Both the position numbers and the translations under genes were made by a program. Of a DNA stretch of 64,000 nucleotides, positions 11,800-29,797 are shown piece by piece (the stretch's first letter is position 1; each line of letters opens with the position of its first letter). The notes under the pieces are model-generated. The model ran no database searches and was not told where the DNA came from. It saw only the letters and a list, made by a program, of their open reading frames with translations. This DNA comes from Asterias rubens (lineage: Eukaryota), in assembly GCF_902459465.1 (NCBI RefSeq), contig NC_047069.1, positions 8,432,001-8,496,000 on the forward strand, written 5' to 3'.

Positions 11800-11945
11800 A
11801 TTTGGGGTTGAACAGCAAACAATTTACCATTGCAGGATTTGAACCAACGACCTCTGGATGAGCGTGCCGGGGTTCTATCGACTGAGCTACCTAGCCCTAT
11901 GTTGACGGTTTCCCAATTTTTAAATATCTTTGTTCAGGGGTGCAG
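11800..11945 (-). mobile_element. tRNA-like repeat family A (SINE-like)
   Basis: On -: GGGCTAGGTAGCTCAGTCGATAGAACC...GGTTCAAATCCTG (11897-11827); the acceptor stem does not pair. Confidence 0.7.
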
Positions 11946-12164
11946 GTGTACACTGAACTGAAAGTGAATCAAAATGCTTTGTAAAACAAAATTAGTGGAG
12001 TACTTTAATAAAGAGGTATGTTTCTTGTAACTGGAGGACACAAGTGTGAGCAAATACAATTCAATATATTTCAGATCAATACAACTCAAAAACAAAATGT
12101 TTAGTGAAGAATATTAGCATTACACCTTTCTTTGCATGCATTGATGATACTTTGGATCAAACAA

Positions 12165-15100
12165 CTATTGCTGCTCCTCATATCCCGTCTTTTTTCCACA
12201 GCTAGTGACAAATAAAACTCCATCCTGAAAAAAAAGAGAGAACAAGAATGATGTGTTGACAAAAACAAATGCCCTGCTGAGATTAAGCACATTCTTCTTG
12301 AGATATGCTTGGTCCACATTCCTTCTGTTTCAGCCATAATGACCGTGGCATTTTACATGGGATCCCTGAAGACCAATATACACACCACCCCTTTTGCTTT
12401 AACCAAATGACTTTGACATTTACCTCTAGGGTTTTCCCTTGATAGCCCAGTTTACATATATGATACTTGTTTTGCCCTCTGTCATACACAAACAAATGAC
12501 GGAGCAAAACAAATGGTAGAATTTTTTTGACTTTTTGTACTAGAATTGTAATGTCGGACTTATGGGCACCTGTTAGCAGTTGTGATTGGTCAATTTAGTG
12601 AGTCGTGTGCTTAATAGATTTCTTTATTAAACCCTACCACCGACGTCAATATGGCTATTGTCCCCTTGAAATGCACTTTAATAACAATCTTTAAGTATTG
12701 TAATTGTGCCATATAATTGTATTTAAAACACAGTTATATTAAATCAATTGCGCAACCAAGATAATTTTGATGGTTACGTAAGTGAATTGGTCAGTAGTTA
12801 CTTTCAAACAGTGATGTTTGGCTCATGTAAAGCTCAATGATCAATTTCAATGAGTCATTTTCCAACATACCTTAATATTTCCAGGTACTCCTACCCACAT
12901 TTCATAATTGGGGATAATTTCTTTCCCCTGAGCATGGCGTCCAAATCTCAAGAATAAAGCACCACCAACAAAATAGGCCACAACCAATAAAGAAAACCTG
13001 AAATTAACATTGAAGACAAAACTAGTATTTGATGATTTGTTTTATCTCCTTATAATCGCATCTTCAAATAAGGGTAAACTTAATGTATTAGTGGTCCATG
13101 AAAAAGTTGTTTAGTTTTTTATTAAAGAGTCAATTTAAACAAGATAACAACACAACTATTCAAGATTGCAGGAAGCAAAAAGTAGTAGGGTCCACATGGT
13201 TTTTTATTGTTTCAGTACAAAACTTGCAACATTATGAGTTTGAAATTTCAATGACATTATCTTTGCACCTTCAAGTAAGGGTAAACTTTAAAGGCAATGG
13301 ACACTATTGGTAATTACTCAAAATAATTATTGCCATAAAACCTTTCTTGGTGACGAGTAATGGGGAGAGGTTGATGGTACGTATAAAACATTGTGAGAAA
13401 CAGCTCCCTCTGAAGTGCCATAGTTTTCGAGAAAGAAGTAGTTTTCAACGAATTTGATTTTGAGACCTCAAGTTTAGAATTTGAGGTCTCGAAATCAACC
13501 ATCTAAACGCACACAACTTCGTGTGACAAGGGTGTTTTCTTCTTTCATTATTATCTCGCAATTTTGATGACCGATTGAGCTCAAATTTTCTCAGGTTAGT
13601 TATTTTATGCATATGTTGAGATACACCAACTGTGAAGGCTATTCTTTGACAATTACCAATAGTGTCCACTGCCTTTAAGAAAAGAAAACAGTACAGTCAA
13701 GTCTGCTTGGTGATTTGAGTACAAATCTTGAAACATTTGAGTATGAACATTATTATGGAAGGCAGGGGAGGAAATTACAACTTACAGGATGCATAGAATC
13801 GAACCATGACTTATTCCAGAGGCTGGAGGTGGAGGTGGAGGTGGTGATGTTTCACATGTTCCTGGGCAAGCACACTTTGTTGTCAGTGTAAAAAGCTGGG
13901 GAAGGAATATTTGTATGTTTGTCATTATAATGGAACATAATATCACCATAATCTACCAAATAAATCATGGCTTTTAAATAATGTTGTCTTTACACTTTGA
14001 AAGAGGTGTCTTTTAAAAGAATACAAACACAAAGAAATATGATTCGTTAACAGCGGATATAGTACACAAATAATGAGTATTTAGGGTGATTTACCTTTGG
14101 CCAATTCAACCAAAACAGTTGGTTACAACCACCAAATGCATCCCTGGAAGTGTGACTTTATTCTGGATATTTTAATTAGTCCAATGGTTGATCCATTCTA
14201 TATTAGAGACGTACGCAGATCGTGCAATCAAATTTCTCTTTGATCTTGTAATCCGCTAGGGCTATCATGTGAAGATACGACTTGTCAAAATACATGCTAT
14301 TTGACACCCTAGTGCCAAAGTGCAATACAAGCGCCATAAAAGCACTCAAAAGTTTGCGTGCAGAGCAGTTGCTTTAGCCAATCAGCAATTTTTTCAGCAC
14401 ATCCCTTCCAGGAGTTAGTGAAGAGAAGTATCAATACCTTAATGTTCTTTCCCATGGCAGCAGTGAGGTGAAAATGAGTCTCTCCCCAAGATTGGCTGTA
14501 CAGGCCCCTGTTAATTGTTTATTCTCAATAAATCTGTTCACATGACATTGATTTTGGGGGTTGAACAAAGAATTGACTAGAGACATGACATTGACTTACA
14601 TATAAGGCTTGAAATCCATCTTGTCCTCTACGTTCCAACCTTGGAACATCTGCAGTAGGATCACACGATAAGTAGACATGTGATGTCCTGCAAAGAAATA
14701 AAGTAATTACTAAAACTGGGCTTGAATTGATTAGGTATTTACTTTATAGGCCCTATCTGTCACTTTGTTCACATGAGGTTTAAAGTAGCACCATGTGTAA
14801 ATCTCCTTTAAGTAGTGTTGGCTCTGAAAAGAACCAACGGAGTTCGATCAGTATGCTCTGACTGCTTCAGGAGAATGCTGCACTCTGTTGCTAGATTCTG
14901 CTGAATTGATTCTTGATTAACTGATTGATTCGTCATTAACTGTTTGCTACTTTGTTTTTATGAATAAGTATTTGTGAAGAAAAATAATGACACATGTTTG
15001 GTTATATGTTACTTGCCTTTTTGTTCCACCTTCATCAGAGTGAGAATACTCAATGTAAATGCCCTCCGTATCGCTCATCCAATTTGCAGTTGCATCTCCA

Positions 15101-16766
15101 ACATTAAAGATTTCTGTAGTCGTGCCCAGATAACGTTGGCAAACCTGCAGTAAACATCACAAAGAAAAGCCCAGGCTATCAAAATAACCTTGATAATATT
15201 GTCAGTTACTCAGGATTACAGTGTTGAAGTTGAGACCCTAATTACAGCCGTACATGTTCGCCATTAAGCATATCATATATTTAACCTGTGACCAACATTG
15301 GTTACTGTCTAAGACTTTTTTTGCACTTTGTGTCACCCAAAATATATGAAATAAAAAACCTGTGAAAGTTTAAGCTCAACTGGTCAAACGAGTCGCAAAC
15401 AAATATTGGGGGAAAAAATCATTCCTGTGTTACCCATTTCTCAAAACTCATATCGAATTTCAGGAAAATATATTTCAAGGCTAGTTTCCCCCATGACCAT
15501 TTTATACCAGATAACCTATGTATGAATATGTGAATATTATTTTCACACCCTTTAAAGTGAACAACGTCATGAATGCCGACAGTTTTAGTAATACATAGTT
15601 ACTGTTCCAAAATAATTAAACAAGACACAGATTGGTACAGGGTTTACTTCCAACATTGTGTAAATAATGAAACAAGCCTTCAGGGGGGGCTGTCACCAAT
15701 AATGGCCTGGAAATCACCAGCAACAAAGCAATCAAACCATTACAGTTAATATATAGTTATAGCGTGTCATGGCTTAGAGCACCAAAATTGAGTGTTGGTG
15801 GTTAAGTTGCGTATCCTCACCAAGGGGTATAAATGGGTACCTGTGGTTGATATTGCGTTTGAAAAGGCATTTTGGAGCCCCAAAGCCCAGGGCTGAATAC
15901 TCCACTGTGGTGTCCACAGAAAGCCGAGAAAGATAGGAATGTTATTGGCCTAGTCTGCCCTATGACCTGGGCACTAATGTAAAGCTCATCGATACATAAT
16001 TTATGTGAAAGTAATCACATGTACTATATATTCCAACTTTGAATGATAAGCAAAATGAAAATGCCAACATTTGATTATCTTGCATGGGGTTTAACAAATA
16101 CAGCAATTGTACTCACTACAGCATTGTTGCACCGACCTGACCCATCTGAGAATGGATAACATGGATTGTACGCATACTCCCATCCTGCACTTGGAGGTCC
16201 TAGTTCATAAGGAAACCTGCATTAAAAAAATAAAAATATAAATAAATAAAAGTTAATCAGGGGCTGGGGCTTTCAAAGAAATACAAAAAAACTAAAAACT
16301 GTCACCGCAACATATGTACAACCAGACTCAAAAATATTACTAAATACAATATTAAAATTTCAATTCAGTTAGCGTGTATTTCATTCATGTAATTTAATAT
16401 TAGCAATCACCATTAAGTTGATATGCTTATTTTAAAACTGCATTAAACACAAAGTTTAAACAAGTTTGAGTTGGAAGTCTGTAAACATATACAACAGAAC
16501 AACTATGAAGAAAGGTGTTTTAGAGTTTACTCTATAATTCAGTACCAAGTTACAAAGAACCATTTTATCCTCTTATGAAAATGATCATAATACCTATTGC
16601 CTTACCTTGGTGCCCGGGAGTCTGGATAGCCCAAAGACTCAAGGTTGATTTGTTTACCATTAATGCTACAGGAACAGTCATCAACCCTTGCGCAGGATTG
16701 TGCGCCAACAACAACTGAATATACCACGCATAATAAGACTGCGAGAAAGCTAGAAGAAAAAGTCAT
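12165..16766 (-). CDS. M6PR / ATG27-like type I membrane protein, copy 2 (257 aa), tandem paralog of copy 1
   Basis: Seven exons on -: 16766-16606, 16216-16117, 15144-15017 (GC donor), 14687-14600, 13895-13786, 12997-12871, 12224-12165 (774 nt, no stops). Same exon phases and same Cys pattern as copy 1. Confidence 0.85.
13292..13674 (+). mobile_element. MITE family K, copy 2 (most complete, 383 bp), in intron 5 of M6PR-like copy 2
   Basis: TTAA at 13288-13291 and 13675-13678; 24-bp TIR with one mismatch (AGGCAATGGACACTATTGGTAATT / AATTACCAATAGTGTCCACTGCCT). Confidence 0.9.
14839..14873 (-). other. Decayed minimal hammerhead-ribozyme-like motif
   Basis: On -: CTC-CTGAAGC-AGTCAG-AGCATA-CTGATC-GAAC. 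It resembles CUGANGA / stem II / GAAA, but core positions are mutated. Confidence 0.35.
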
Positions 16767-17300
16767 TATTTCACAGCTAAGGAATAAAAACAGCACAACG
16801 TGTAAATTCTGAACAGACTACAAAGGGGGAGTGAGCATGACATTGTTCTCTGAACTTTGCTACATCACCTTTTACTTCTTTACATGGCTGCTGGGTAGTT
16901 GTATTTATTTACTCAAAGATATGTTGATTCTGGTGGGGATCTTTTTGTATACAAATCAAAGTTCACTGCTTTGACAAAATGTCCACATGGTATTTGTGAT
17001 ATTGTGCACTTTGAGATTATTGCAGAATTCAGAGGGTAATTTGAATACACGTTCATGTGTGCATATTGCAGTTCCAGTCATTGTTTACTTTCTTTCAGAT
17101 GTAAACAAAACACAACAAAAATAAATATTTACTCACATATTAAACTGATCCGCAGACGACAAAGTACAGTCGTAATGGTGAAGAAAACAGCTCCACCTTC
17201 TTGCCAAAACTTCATAAAGAAATAATCTGATTTTCTTCCTCTCAAATGAAAGTGATCAAAGATGAAGATTTTTTAAATAAGGATCCACATACATGTAAAA

Positions 17301-17634
17301 AGGCACTGGACACTTTTGGTAATTACTCGAAATATTAGCATAAAACCTTACTTGACAATGTGCAAAGGGGAGCTGTTGATAGTATACAACATTGTCAAAT
17401 GACTCCCTCTGGAGTAACCTATATGTAGTTTTTGAGAAAGATGTAATTTCTCACTAAAATATTTTAATCTGAAAAAAGACTTCGGGTCTGAAGCTCTTTT
17501 TCAGGAATCTGAAAGCGCACACAATTTTGCATCAAGGGCGTTTTTTTCCTTTCATTTTCAACTTCGATGACCATATTGAGCCCAAATTTTTACAGATTTG
17601 TTATGTTGAGATACACCAAACCTGTTCAGTGCCT
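17301..17634 (+). mobile_element. MITE family K, diverged copy 3
   Basis: AGGCACTGGACACTTTTGGTAATTACTC...CAGTGCCT ends with a recognisable internal body. Confidence 0.75.
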
Positions 17635-18801
17635 TAAACTATAAAAACATATCCGACCAATGACAGCCTTGTGACATGATGACAATGTATATGTAGGTAT
17701 ACCAGGACACACTCGTCTTGTGTTAGTGCACAAACATACAAAGACAAAATAGCTCTTCAAAATTTGCATTTGTTTTTCCAGTGTGTTTAATTTATTTCAT
17801 AAATTTCAACGCTTCACATTATTTATGTGAAAAAATAGTTTTAAATACTTTCAAAGCTCCTTTGAACAACTTTGTAAAATACAATAAATGTGCAACATCA
17901 TGGATTTCCATCTGCTTCTTTATTTTTTCTTAAACCAACTTCACTTAATGTGAGGGTATACCTGTGGTTGTTTCTCAAAAACAAAAGTGACCATAACTAC
18001 CTTACTTGGTAAGCAGCACTTCAGCTGTTGATAATGTACATATAACATTTGTATAAACGATTCCATTCTAAGGAATAAAGTTTTTGAGAAAGGGATTTAA
18101 ACAAATGTTCAATCAGAGAAACACTTCATGCAGAAACTTTTCTCAAATTATGTATTCCATTTACGGATCGTTCTTCCTGCAGGGAAATAACAGCTTAGAA
18201 TTCTCGGCGCCATTTAAAATAACTCAAAGCTTACCATGAAACAAGTTTATAAAACGCTGCCTTTATAAACCATGTGACCTTTGTTTACAATAAGTGTGAC
18301 CTTGCACATTCCTTGGATTTTCTGGCAGGCAATATACTGCACTGATCATATGGGAAAAGTGGCATTTTGTGTCATAATTTCCACATAAACCCAAGAGTTA
18401 AGTTTTGAGATGTGCCCCCTTTCATCATATCAAAGTTGATTCCTCCATGATAGGATCTAGGCAGTGCAATTTCCATAAAATATAAGATTCCATTAAGCTT
18501 TGTACAAATCTTGCCTGCAGGAAGTCCAGGCTCTGTGGCTCTTTTGTAAACCTTGTGATGTCACAGATCACATCGTCTATACAAACCAAGTTATAGAGAA
18601 AACTGAGCATCAAGGGGTCCATATGTATGCACATTGCCACTTAAGAGAACTAACTATTAAATTGCATCTTTTGTCGGTGAAAACCTGCACTTACAAAGAG
18701 ATACGTTTGAGCAAAAACTTACAATGTAATGTTGAGCAAAGTATTCTGGCTTGCTCATTTAATGGATGTTTTAAATTAATCAAAACGCTAATCTTAAAGT
18801 G

Positions 18802-18838
18802 GAGTGAGATTCGTCATGAGTGAGATTCGTCATGAGTG
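18802..18838 (+). repeat. 16-bp tandem duplication
   Basis: GAGTGAGATTCGTCAT x2 followed by GAGTG. Confidence 0.85.
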
Positions 18839-19682
18839 CGAGGTTCGACATGGGGGGAGTTAATGGGCAATCTCAGAATCAAACCCGTAAAATAACTACC
18901 CCAAAAATGGTTTTGAATAAAACTCTTCAACTGCTTCACCCCTCTGTGAACATATTTTTTTTTACTGTTGGCTGTTAACCAGTTATGACCGGAACACATG
19001 TCTGCACACACAACCTTTTTAGACACATGACCAGAAATCAAGTAAATCCACCTTTGCATACAATCGGAATACTGGACTAGGCCTGGAAAATCCGTTGAAT
19101 CGCGGCATGCACTCACTGTGCAATACTCTGTTTCCCCATTACAAATTGGGACAAGGGGTACAGGAGTTCTTGCTGAAAATCTCCTTTTTTTCCAGGGGTT
19201 ACTGTGCCGTCCGATTCTAGACCGTCATCCTTTTGTTGTAAAAACAAAAAATACGATAGATCGATAGGCTGCCAAGTTTTTGTTTGTTTGGCATTCCATA
19301 ATAATGGGACGCAAGTCCAAGTGACCCCAGACTGCAGCATAACATGCCCGATTATTGGCCATGGCTTAACACAGCCAAGGGTTTTGTGATTAACAGTGAC
19401 TACATCCATACTTTCCATAGTCAGGGAAACAGGTTGGTTCGAAATTTCAGACAAATCATCATGTCCCTGAACAAGGAAAATTTTCAAAAATCCCATTGCT
19501 TATGGTTAAGAGGCGTATGCCCAGAACTTTTTGTGGCATCAAAATATCTTGGGTTTTTTATCCACAAAAGTCCTGGTGAAGCAGAGAGAGTCAGAACAGT
19601 CCCCTTATATCAGACCATCACTACTGGGTACAGGGAACCAGACAATGCTGGTTGAGGGTCTACATGAATGAGTCATGTACGA

Positions 19683-25284
<5,602 letters not shown>

Positions 25285-25743
25285 TTCCGCCTATTATAAA
25301 ATTCACAACTTGCAATAAAATGTCAAATTAATACGAATTTAATCTGTGAAAAGATCGAAAACTTCCAGCGCTATTTTACACGCAAAGTCATGAGTCGCAT
25401 ACCTGAACGTGCAAAACTATGTAGCTGTGTAACAGATAGTAAGTTTTACAAAGAGTATGAGGGAACCCGGCCCCGACTATTTTCAACTTTTCAACCCCCC
25501 CCCCCCCAAAAAAAAATAAAAAATAAAAAAATACTTGGTTGTCTACAGAGGGCGCTATATAACAACACCGTTAAATTCACGAAGTTCCTCCTCGCCCGAA
25601 ATACTGACTGAGAGGGCGCTGTACAACAACACCGTTAAATTTTCGACACACACACAGGCTGCAGCAGCAGTATAGTGTGTTGTGTAATCACACTCCCGGT
25701 CGCGACGGTGTGTGGGTGAAGATTTGGAATTCTCAATAACACA
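25285..25743. promoter_or_regulatory. Bidirectional promoter region between TMEM185 and VMA21
   Basis: Only 459 nt separate the two divergent ATGs; locally CpG-richer; contains a duplicated 31-bp motif at 25547-25577 and 25611-25641. Confidence 0.75.
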
Positions 25744-27900
25744 ATGGCGGAATTCCAGTCGGATGTGAAAATGAACAGGTAAACAACAAGTCATATATTA
25801 ACAATTTAGGGAAGAAGTGATCTGGCTAAATGTTGATATTATTTAGGGAACAACCTAGGAGACAAAATTGCACTTATTCTTCTTGTTTTTTTTTGCTTTT
25901 GTTTTGATTGTGGTTTTGTGGTTGGTTGGTTGTCCCCTGTTGTGTTAGTGTTAGGCCTAGTATTATATTAAATTTTAATAAAAATATTTAATTTTAAAAA
26001 CAACACATTTACACCTCATCCTCGGTCACAACACAAGTAAATTTGATGAGTGTAGCTTAGGAGGCAAAGGGTTGGTTGCTGCAGTGTGAGGGACACTTAT
26101 GAATTGCAATAGATTTATAACAAGATGTAATCATGGTATAAATATAATGCAAAACCATGCCCATGGAGGTTTTCTACCCTCCAATGTGATAGTCCATGAC
26201 CAAACTCAGGACCCAAACTAAGCATGCCAAGTAAGGGGTCAAGTCAAGCATATATAACCTTTCAAATTCAACCCAAGTTCCAATCATAGGGGCCTAGTAG
26301 TGTTACTGTTTGCTTTAATTTTCTGCCAAACACAAAGGATAGAAATTGGTCATCGTCAATTGAGTCATACCTCATCAGTCATATCATTGAGAATTGAGCT
26401 ACGTGTCTAACAATGTTTTAATATGGTTGTAATTTCTAATGAGCATGTACTCTGCAGAGCCTTTTAATTATGGTTTTATCATGGTTTTATTGACAAAACA
26501 GTCATCTCAACCCTCGCATATACTCGGTGCATTTTTAGCTGTATCGTTCCTACTTCCCCCATGTCTAACTATATCTGGCAGTTGGTCTACTGGGCTTAAA
26601 AGTTACAGACTGTATGCATGGAACATCAGGAAAAATTAATAGTGCAAACTGTGCAAGAAGGCGTCGCAATCAAGGCTACCCTTCTTGAAGTAGCGCTCTC
26701 GTATTATAAATTCCTTTGGTTTTGATCTCTATTTCAACAGAGGAGGAGACCCTTCAGCCATGACACCCTTCAAGACTGTCTTTACATACTCTGCTCTCAT
26801 GCTGTTCTTCCCTATCTTTATGTACTTTTTTTCAAAACAAGTTATCTTTGATGGTAAGTTAAAAAAAGGGCAACTCAAAAGTTTTTCAATGAGACTTATT
26901 CCTTGTGGTTTCCGGTTTACAAAATACCAATCAAGAGGGCTCATTTCTAAATACGTAACAATTGAACAAAATTATACCTAAATTCTGATGACACAATATC
27001 TTAAACCTTTTCCTCTAAAGTGTTTTGCTTGTTCAATGTGAAATTGTTAACCACTTACAAACCCAAAAGCATATGAAAAATGCAAAACTATTTGGGAAAT
27101 AATACAAACAAATGGAAACCAGGTAATCAGCTTTTGCTTTGAAAAACCTGGAAAAACAAAAACTATCTAAAGTGTGTAGTCTAGTAGTGTACACAGGCAG
27201 ACAGGCAATCACTTTGCTGTAATTGTTTCCCCTTTAAGGGAATAAGGGTGCTGGAATTCTTGCTTAAAACCTGCCTTTTCCTGATTCCAGATAATTTGTC
27301 CTTTAGTATTTAGTACAAAAAAATCATTGCAGTTGGTGAATACACTGAATTGGCATACAGTTCTAGGCAACAACTCAAGAGGGACTTGACATTAATATTA
27401 TCTCCAAACTTGGTTTTCGGATTGGTCTTGGAAACCCCCAGAAGCCTATTGTTTTTGGACACCCTTCGGCAAATGTCAAGGTCATTATAGAAAAAAAGGA
27501 AAAAATGCTGTCCGAGCAATAACTGAAGAATAACCTTGACTTCATAAAACAGGCTTTCCCAATAGCATTTCTGGACCACGGTTGATTGTCATGAAACGGG
27601 CTGGCTTGCAGGAAATTTGTGTAATTCTGATTATTTAACAAAAATGCTTATGTGTAGTAGTAAACTTTTACTAATACTGATGTTGAAATAGGTAAACACA
27701 AAACTGGGTTAGTCAATAATGCTCTTTTTATTGTGACTTTGTTCTCCCAAGGATTATTCGGAATGGAGTCAAATAGTAGTGTCTTCTATGCTGCCATGGT
27801 AGCTGTTGTTGTAGTCCATATCGTCCTTGGTATGTTTGTGTGGGCAGCGTTTAATGAGAAAGCCCCAGCCCCCACCTTAAGAGACTCCAAGCGTGAATGA
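25744..27900 (+). CDS. VMA21: Vacuolar ATPase assembly integral membrane protein VMA21, 98 aa
   Basis: Exons 25744-25778, 26741-26853, 27752-27900 (297 nt). Two TM helices (KTVFTYSALMLFFPIFMYFFSKQVIFDG; FYAAMVAVVVVHIVLGMFVWAAFNE) match human VMA21 as recalled; C-terminal SKRE* has Lys at -3, like an ER-retrieval signal. Confidence 0.93.
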
Positions 27901-29797
27901 CAAAGTAGACTTTTAATGGACTCTTTGTTACATTTTGATGTCACATGGAAACTGGCAACAGCAGAGGGCAAATGGACAGGAGAACCTTTCGTTTTGGCTT
28001 CTTTTGGAATTTCGAGACATTAGAGGCCGACAGTTCTGTAACCTGCATCCCTCTTACATTGTCTGGAGCCATTATGGATTTATCAATGAATTTGACATTA
28101 AAAGTAAAGAAACACCATTGATCACCAGATTTTTAAACGAATGGTTAATCGCTGGCACATACCTTATTTGAGTTTTTTTCAATTGGGGTTCAACAGATCA
28201 AAGTTTAACATAACAATTTGATACTACAGTGTATATGTAACAATCATCTTTCAAGAGAATATTTCTGCTTGTGTATCAAACTATCAAAAATACAAAATTG
28301 TTCTCAAGTAAGCCAACTTTTTTTAACTACCATGTTTGAAAATTGATTCCTGTTTTTATCCAGTTATTTCCCCAAACCAGTGTTCATTACTTGCTGGATG
28401 ATTGGATGGGCTATATAGAAAGAAACAGTACACGTATACATCTATTAACTGCAGTACTTTTTACCTGTTATCAGTTTTAAAAACTATACTGTAGGCCTAC
28501 TCAAGTTATTACACACATAAGGCCTTTTCACACTATAGAAAATCTCTGTGTTTTGGACGTGGGTCAAGTCTAGGTACATGTACGCGTATGTTCCTTTCTC
28601 TATGCCCGTACTGACCTTTATTGTCACACTACAACATTTCAACATGGTTTGACCACTGTAGAGTGCTTGGGCTTGGTTTATGGAGTTGCATTAAAAGCTA
28701 GATTTTCTTTGATGATTTGTGCAAAAAAAAGATGAACTTTGCTTTCCAAACATTTTGTGCCAGGTTTGGAGCCGGAAGTAGTGAAACTTTTGGGCAAGAA
28801 ACAGAACCCAAAATGACTTACTAACAGGGTAGAATGTGCAAGTCTCATGCGAATTTGTTTAGAATCTTTTTTTGTTTTTGTCATACATGTATAAACAAAA
28901 CAAGATCATTCTTTAAATGGGCCCAATATTGAATACAAGTGTGACTTGCACAGTCTAAACAGAGATAAAACAGAGGTACATGTAATACTATAACTTGAAT
29001 AAACAACATCTGAAAATAATAGTTCTTGGACTTAATGCCTTTTTTATTACTCTAGCGTGGACATACATGTGTAGATCGACTTCAATTAACTTTACACTTT
29101 TAATAGATTATTCTGTATTGCAATTTGTTTTGAAGTATGAAATCAGTGAAGCTACAGTGCATCTTCCAATATTCACCTCAAGATAAATGGCCTATAGTGA
29201 TGCATTGTACCTAACCGGGAGATAACGTCATTTTGGCATATAATTATGCATACTGCCCTGTGGGACTGTACTATTTCTGTCCTTTAACAAGGACATAATT
29301 CTGAACATTATTTGTGGTTGGGTTGATTTGACATTTATGTAAACCTCAAAAGTACAAATCAATATTTAGAGAAATCAATGTGTTTTCTCTTTTTAATACT
29401 GAAAAGATGTTTTTTTGTTAAACTGAGAACTCAATAACAACCCCATCGCAGAAAAAAACCTGTCTCCATAAGTTACATTTAAAAAGATACATTTATCAGT
29501 TTGTAGACTCTTTCAATTCAATTTCCATTCAAAAAAATAACAAATAGTTACAAAGGGATTTCAGAACCTTTTATTTTCTTCCATTTTCAAAGTAATTGTA
29601 TTCAACAGTTGTTCCGTGGACGAAATCATTCAAATTTATAAATACTACATCAGTTATCAAAAATATAAGCAAGAATTTGTGTTGCATAACAATTTAAAGG
29701 GCAAATAAAGAGGTATTGGTATTTGACCAGTAAAAGGGTAATAAAGGAGTTGAATTATATTTTCAACTGCATTTTTTAAAGCATTTTAACGAAACAT

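Noticed and set aside
4745-11945. Family A repeats downstream of both paralogs as recombination substrates for the duplication
   Set aside because: They are in opposite orientations, which would produce an inversion, not a tandem duplication.
13314-13669. Similar short ORFs recurring at 13314, 13445, 31484 and 41170
   Set aside because: They are translations of the non-coding family K MITE, not a gene family.
18425-19655. Cluster of 60-127 aa ORFs on both strands
   Set aside because: Lies directly downstream of the TMEM185 stop; most likely 3' UTR or intergenic, with no homology or splice chain.
25547-25641. Repeat-spacer-repeat pattern superficially like a CRISPR array
   Set aside because: Only two units, inside a eukaryotic promoter, with no cas genes.
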